Shown here in pieces: positions 61,249 to 64,000 of a DNA stretch of 64,000 nt. The notes beneath the pieces are model-generated. The model had not been told where the DNA came from, did no database searches, and saw only the letters and a program-made list of their open reading frames with translations. The stretch spans positions 55,560-119,559 of the forward strand of contig CAZHOI010000001.1 of NCBI GenBank assembly GCA_964534365.1, written 5' to 3'. The position numbers and the translations under genes were made by a program. How positions within the stretch are numbered: the stretch's first letter is position 1; the number at the start of each line of letters is the position of its first letter. This DNA comes from an uncultured Candidatus Saccharibacteria bacterium (GTDB lineage: Bacteria > Patescibacteriota > Minisyncoccia > Phycocordibacterales > SW-6-46-9).

Positions 61249-61374
61249 TCATTCGTACATTCTTCCGGTCGGATCCAACTCATCCAATGCTCTATTGGTG
61301 TGGTGGATCACTATACTCCACATGGTTAGGAACGCTCCCACGGCAAGGGTGCCAATAACAGTGGCTAATTTCAT
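61249..61374 (-). CDS. small single-TM protein (41 aa)
   Basis: Hand translation MKLATVIGTLAVGAFLTMWSIVIHHTNRALDELDPTGRMYE*; promoter TTTACA-17-CATAAT (61400-61428), terminator at 61192-61229. Confidence 0.55.
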   Translation of the reverse strand: MKLATVIGTLAVGAFLTMWSIVIHHTNRALDELDPTGRMYE

Positions 61375-61530
61375 AGCGAGGGTCAGGTTGTGAAGCTTAA
61401 TTATGCCATAAATTGTATAGTATGTAAAAAAAACCCCGGCGGCGCTGTGCGTCGTCGGGGACCGTGGCAGTTCGTAAACTCCAAGGTATTACGTGATTTT
61501 ACGCTCACGTTAAGCGTTTTCAGTTGCGGA

Positions 61531-62619
61531 CTACTGTCTCCAAGGAAAGAACGTCGCTCCCACCTGCACATACGGTCCACCAGTGGGGGCGGCGTAGTAC
61601 AGCGAAGTGACGTGGCGGTACCCCGCCCCAATTGTGAAGTCCACGTCAGGCAGGGTTTCTACACCAACTTGCCCTCCGAGAGAGAAACTCACGTGGGTAC
61701 GACCGATGCCGTCACGAACGGACTCGGTACGGGTTCCGCCGATGCCGACGCTCGGTCCAGCGCTAATCTCGGAGTTGGCGAAGTGGTCGAGCAAATCGTA
61801 GGTGAGATTCACCTCAACGCTCAACAACTCCTCTGCGAACTCTGTGTTGCACTGTCCCGCAGAGGCGGGGTATGCACCCAGCTCGCCGCCGCAGGTTTCG
61901 GCGTAACCGATACCTACGGCATCGTATGCCAGGGACTTGAGCCCGCCATATCCGAACTGGACACCGCCGCCGAAGTTGTTGTACCACGGGGCAACCTCTT
62001 TCGCCTCTTGCGGCTTGGGAGCCGGCGGAGGCGGGGTCGGACGCGGCTGGCGACGCTCGGCGACAAGCGCCGGGCGAACCATCACAAGGTCGCAGTCTTC
62101 TCTCGCACAGGTCTGGGGGATCAAATCCACCCGACGTTGCCTAGCGTGCTCGAATTGAAACCCTTCGCGGTCCTTGGCGATTTTAGCGTCCTCAGGCTCG
62201 AGGAAGCCGGTGACCGGCTCGTCGACGTTTACGTCGACGTTGCAGTTACGCACGCCGAGCTTGTACAGCTCGTTGCGCACGAACTCGGCGCGGTCGCGGG
62301 CCAGCTGCTGAGCGTTTACGCTACGCAGCTCAACCTCCGACAGGCGGGGCGAGATGATGTAGCTGGTCTGGGGGCAAGCCCGCAAGATCTCAGCCACATC
62401 CTCAAGAACGTATGGGTTCTCTGCTGTGGAGTTTCCTTCGCTGAAGAAAAGCTCCTCCAGCTCGATGATCTGCCGGCATTGTGCCGAAGTCATCACAACG
62501 TTCTCGATCACGTCAGCCTGAGGCTGGCGCGGGACTATCTGGTCCGTCTGCGCCGTCGCAGGAACGGCGGTCAGGAGGACGGCGCAGAGCGCCAGGAAAA
62601 ACAGGTTGAGGTGGTTCAT
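61531..62619 (-). CDS. secreted protein with OmpA-C-like region, Pro-rich linker and C-terminal outer-membrane beta-barrel-like domain; GC-rich
   Basis: Sec signal (…LLTAVPATA-Q); NAQQLARDRAEFVRNELYKLGV...RQRRVDL resembles the OmpA-C motif; alternating-strand C-terminus (FTIGAGYRH...YVQVGATFF); terminator at 61426-61460. Confidence 0.7.
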   Translation of the reverse strand: MNHLNLFFLALCAVLLTAVPATAQTDQIVPRQPQADVIENVVMTSAQCRQIIELEELFFSEGNSTAENPYVLEDVAEILRACPQTSYIISPRLSEVELRSVNAQQLARDRAEFVRNELYKLGVRNCNVDVNVDEPVTGFLEPEDAKIAKDREGFQFEHARQRRVDLIPQTCAREDCDLVMVRPALVAERRQPRPTPPPPAPKPQEAKEVAPWYNNFGGGVQFGYGGLKSLAYDAVGIGYAETCGGELGAYPASAGQCNTEFAEELLSVEVNLTYDLLDHFANSEISAGPSVGIGGTRTESVRDGIGRTHVSFSLGGQVGVETLPDVDFTIGAGYRHVTSLYYAAPTGGPYVQVGATFFPWRQ

Positions 62620-62991
62620 GAGGGGGCGCCGCGGGGGCGCGGGGTATGAGTGATGACGAGGTTAGGCCAGTCACAAGTGACGAGCCGACCCTGGTTCACT
62701 GACCTCTAGCACTAGTCTATTTCTAGACAGCAACTGAAAAGTCAAAGAACTGGGGTCGAGTTGCATTATTGCAACCGACTCTATCCATAATAATACATTA
62801 GAATCTGTATTTTGTCAAATAGCTTTACCTCTTTTATTACCACTATTACTACGTTAATGAAGTATGAGAAAAGCCTGCTGGAACGTGTATCGAAAACCAG
62901 GCAGGCTAGAATCCGCAGTGTTCACCGCGAATCAGAAGGAACATTATTTTCGACTTTAGTTTCCCTCTTCTCTGGGCGCCTTACAGGACGC

Positions 62992-63462
62992 CTAATCGGT
63001 GATGATCTGGATTCCCCAGACCTTATCACCTATCTTAATCCGGCCGATCTCCTCACCAGGCTGTGCCCGGTGAGTGCGAGTAGCGGTCCAGTAGTAGAGC
63101 TGGTCATCCTTGGAGGTTGACCAGTTACCGATCCCATAGAGAGTTACCTCTCCGGTGAGGCCGGTAATCTTCTGGACGGCATCGCGGCTGAGCTCCACGT
63201 ACTGAGGGTCGCCCAGCGGTTGGGCCACTTTGATGTTGCCCTCAGTCACTGCCGGAGGGCCGTCAGGCGGAGGCGTATCAGTCGAGTCGGTCGGAGCCGG
63301 CTCGTCGTCACAGCACTGCTGCATGTCCGGCCCAGCGATGGTGTCGCTGCAGCCGGTCAGAAGGCCGCCGAGGGCGAGCATCCACCAGAAAGCGCCGAAA
63401 GCGATCACCCGGTAGATGGTGCGGCTTCCGAAGAGGCCTTTTTTGTCGATGACGTGTGCCAT
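62992..63462 (-). CDS. putative lipoprotein, GC-rich
   Basis: Hydrophobic signal ending in lipobox LTG-C, Asp/Pro-rich linker; promoter TTGACA-16-TATATT (63628-63655); terminator at ~62869-62907. Confidence 0.65.
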   Translation of the reverse strand: MAHVIDKKGLFGSRTIYRVIAFGAFWWMLALGGLLTGCSDTIAGPDMQQCCDDEPAPTDSTDTPPPDGPPAVTEGNIKVAQPLGDPQYVELSRDAVQKITGLTGEVTLYGIGNWSTSKDDQLYYWTATRTHRAQPGEEIGRIKIGDKVWGIQIITD

Positions 63463-63723
63463 GATCGTATATGCCGGCTTTGTCTGAAGAGACTATCCGG
63501 CAGCGTATGAGAAAAGAGAGACTTGTCGAGGTGCGTTTGCACTTGATGGGCCACTATGGATGGCGGGCTGTAGACAGCGGTTTAACGGCTATCTAGAGCG
63601 TGCCACCAGTGGTCACCTCTAACTACTAATATACCAGATTTAGAATATTTGTCAAGTTATTTAGTATTAAAAAACCACCATTGCTGGCAGCTTTTTAAAG
63701 GTTCTTTTATTAAATAACCTTGT

Positions 63724-64000
63724 TTAATTGGTTTTTGTAGGTACCGCTGGTTCATCAGCTACTACTACAACATCCGTTTCATCCTTTTTAGCCTTGCGAT
63801 CCTTGATTACTTCATAAATCAACAGCAATACTAGCAATCCAAGAACGGTAAGCAGAAACGGTAGCGAGAAGATAAAGGACAGGATTCCGCCAGCCGCGCT
63901 AGCAGCCAGTGATTTCTGTGCTATTTCGGCTTCGGCAGACAATTCATCGTCTGATACTGTATCCAGGAAGAATTCGTCATCGGCAATAGTCTCACCCACA
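63724..64000 (-). CDS. C-terminal part of a membrane-anchored protein (starts outside window)
   Basis: Open frame to the window edge; acidic region, TM helix, basic tail. Confidence 0.6.
   Translation of the reverse strand, partial: VGETIADDEFFLDTVSDDELSAEAEIAQKSLAASAAGGILSFIFSLPFLLTVLGLLVLLLIYEVIKDRKAKKDETDVVVVADEPAVPTKTN

Noticed and set aside
61390-62649. 419-aa plus-strand ORF
   Set aside because: Antisense shadow of the GC-rich minus-strand gene, which has the signal peptide, leader and terminator; GC-rich codon bias suppresses antisense stops.
62812-63510. plus-strand ORFs 62812-63120, 63220-63510 and 63230-63415
   Set aside because: Antisense shadows of the lipoprotein gene, with no independent signals.

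Overview
An AT-rich, densely packed bacterial chromosome segment. Gene content, compactness and protein style suggest Patescibacteria/CPR, probably Parcubacteria-like (inference; TGA is used as stop, so code 11). The core backbone carries a nusB-NUDIX fusion (partial), rpmF, rnhB, dnaE, thrS, two tRNA-Ala genes, uvrBAC, tgt, rpmA/rplI/rplU, ctpA, corA, cysS, dnaB, recR and the start of the dcw cluster (mraZ-rsmH-ftsL-like-ftsI). Accessory content includes a carotenoid/photoprotection block (crtB, crtI, lycopene-elongase-like prenyltransferase, Fe-S-less photolyase) and a mannose-glycan block (DUF1861, GT4, ManC, HAD-IIB). A ~13 kb element is integrated at tRNA-Glu with 21-bp direct repeats; it carries a STAND/NACHT-like NTPase with a C-terminal nuclease, a ParB-MTase, a terminase pair, a large serine recombinase and an ArsR-4xSRPBCC cargo operon. 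The most striking unexplained structure is a dispersed class of GC-rich, apparently self-contained transcription units. Most have an AT-rich sigma70-like promoter, a C-rich SD-less leader (the longer ones a folded 5' leader) and their own terminator. They encode small membrane peptides, a lipoprotein and an outer-membrane-barrel-like protein, whereas many core genes appear leaderless. Also noted: a ~390-nt structured non-coding region and a palindromic motif shared upstream of all three tRNA genes.
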